A DNA stretch of 63,383 nucleotides, filler included, from Chrysochromulina tobinii (lineage: Eukaryota): NCBI GenBank assembly GCA_001275005.1. It is 8 parts of 8 records of this genome, joined end to end, with 100 filler letters (N's around TTAATTAATTAA, not from the genome) between each part and the next. Parts side by side here need not be neighbours in the genome. Positions count along the whole stretch, not along the records: positions 62,028 to 63,383 come from JWZX01000318.1; 7 more parts are not named here. One strand, written 5' to 3'. Under the pieces are notes generated by a model. It was not told the DNA's origin and did not search any database. It worked only from the letters and a program-made list of their open reading frames with translations. The translations under genes and the position numbers were made by a program. Below are positions 62,233 through 63,383 of this stretch, one piece after another (positions within the stretch are counted from its first letter, which is position 1; each line of letters begins with the position of its first letter).

Positions 62233-63320
62233 TCACGCCTCGAATATGTGAACGTGGCCCGACCCGGTCGCACAGGCCACCGCACGCCCTCTCACGTGCG
62301 TCGCGATGCGCGAAGGGACTGCAGTCATCAGGCTGGAAGAGAGGCTCGCAAGGTGCTCACCGGTAGAGGCCGAGAAGACTTCGCACGTGCGTTCCATCCC
62401 GCCGCAGAGGATGGCGTCTGCCCCTGTGCAGTCCAGCTCACACCCGGAGAGGAACGCCATCTCAGGGGCCATCTCGTATCGCAGGGGCCATCAACAAGGA
62501 CCGTCAGGGACTGGCAGTGAAAGGTCCTCCACAGGGGCCATCAACAAGGACTGTCAGGGACTGGCAGGAGAGGTCCTCCACGGCCACCGGTGAGTTTCAA
62601 GAGGCCAGCTGAGGAGCACACACCTGCAGTCCAGATGGCCCGAAACGGGAGGAGCCAGCGCCCCGTGCTAGTACGGTGGGTGATGAGAGGTTCAGCCTCA
62701 GGCGCCGTGATTGGATCCCCCGTGATTCGATCGCCCAAGGGCAAGATTCGCAGGCGGTCGTCGAAGCACGTCACCGCAAGGCGGCCAGAGCCGTCGGGGG
62801 CCCATTCGGCTGCCTGCGTGGCCTTGGGTAGCGCGATCGTCACGACCGGACCTGCTCGCGCTCCCATATTGCGCACGTCCCATACCTGTAGAGGGGTTCC
62901 GAGCTCGAGAACGTGACTCAGAATCCGTCAGGCCGCCTTCAGCCGTGGCCGTGAGAGCGATGGGCATCCACGGACCTTGACGGACGCATCCGAGCTCGAG
63001 GAAGCCAAGAGCCAAGGCCGCCCATGGTCATCCAGCGAGAGTGAGTTGATCTTCAGGCCATGGCTCCGCACCACCTTTTCGCACACGAGACCCGTCCGGG
63101 GGTCCACAGCGCAAAGGCTACCCTCGTTCGTCCCCAGCCACATCGTCGCCGCCGCACCATCCAACGCGAATGCGGACCACGCGTGCTCCGTTGAGACATG
63201 CAGCGTCTCAAAGGCGCGCATCTCCACATTCAAGCAACGTACGGTGCCATCATACGAGGCGCAAAAGAGCGCATCCGTTGAGCGCAGGCCCCACCGGAGC
63301 CCCGAGATGCCCTGGCGCAC
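62233..63320 (-). CDS. WDR76: WDR76/Cmr1 (DDB2-related) WD40 protein, 3' part; exons 63320-62976, 62885-62624, 62423-62233
   Basis: SYDGTVR, SSSDASVK|VWDVR, HRTSTGRWLLPFRAIW, MERTCEVFS, AVPSRIATH, ATGSGHVHIF. The upstream intron ends in TGATTACTTCCCTCATCAG (63321-63339). Confidence 0.82.
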
Positions 63321-63383
63321 CTGATGAGGGAAGTAATCAACAGGCCGTTGGGTGCAGTCAGCTCAACGTGGCAAGCCGTATTG

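Overview
The window holds eight unrelated contigs of a GC-rich, intron-containing eukaryote, joined by artificial 100-nt spacers (44 N + TTAATTAATTAA + 44 N). It is probably a haptophyte alga of the Chrysochromulina/prymnesiophyte type; this is inferred from GC content, frequent GC-AG introns and gene style. Recognisable genes: sulfatase, OLA1/YchF, gamma-tubulin complex component, KDM5-like JmjC demethylase, Kelch protein, LCAT-family lipase, CASTOR-like ACT protein, ADP/ATP carrier, Sfi1-repeat protein, bacterial-type BioA, BRO1/ALIX-like protein, WD40 propeller, TLDc/MEAK7, CEP44-like, cytochrome b5-domain protein and WDR76. There is also a degenerate DIRS-type retroelement and a patchwork of pseudogene fragments. 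The strongest signal is a recurring intron architecture. About 15 introns carry a 10-38 bp duplication of the exon sequence at their own splice junction. Most also contain sense-strand decamer arrays (TGATTGCCTC/TGATGACCTC), often ending in CCTCCCTCATCAG, or a second motif family ending in TCCCCACAG. These units stack on existing acceptors to make AG|GY zero-length exons, suggesting an active intron-generating process unlike TIR/short-TSD Introners. Other highlights: a WD40 gene with one blade per exon, near-identical introns and hypervariable top-face residues (an exon-shuffling receptor candidate), and a membrane-anchored ORF with an internal RLRGG|M site and a C-terminal TET/JBP-like dioxygenase domain. 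All calls are by eye; no database searches were run.
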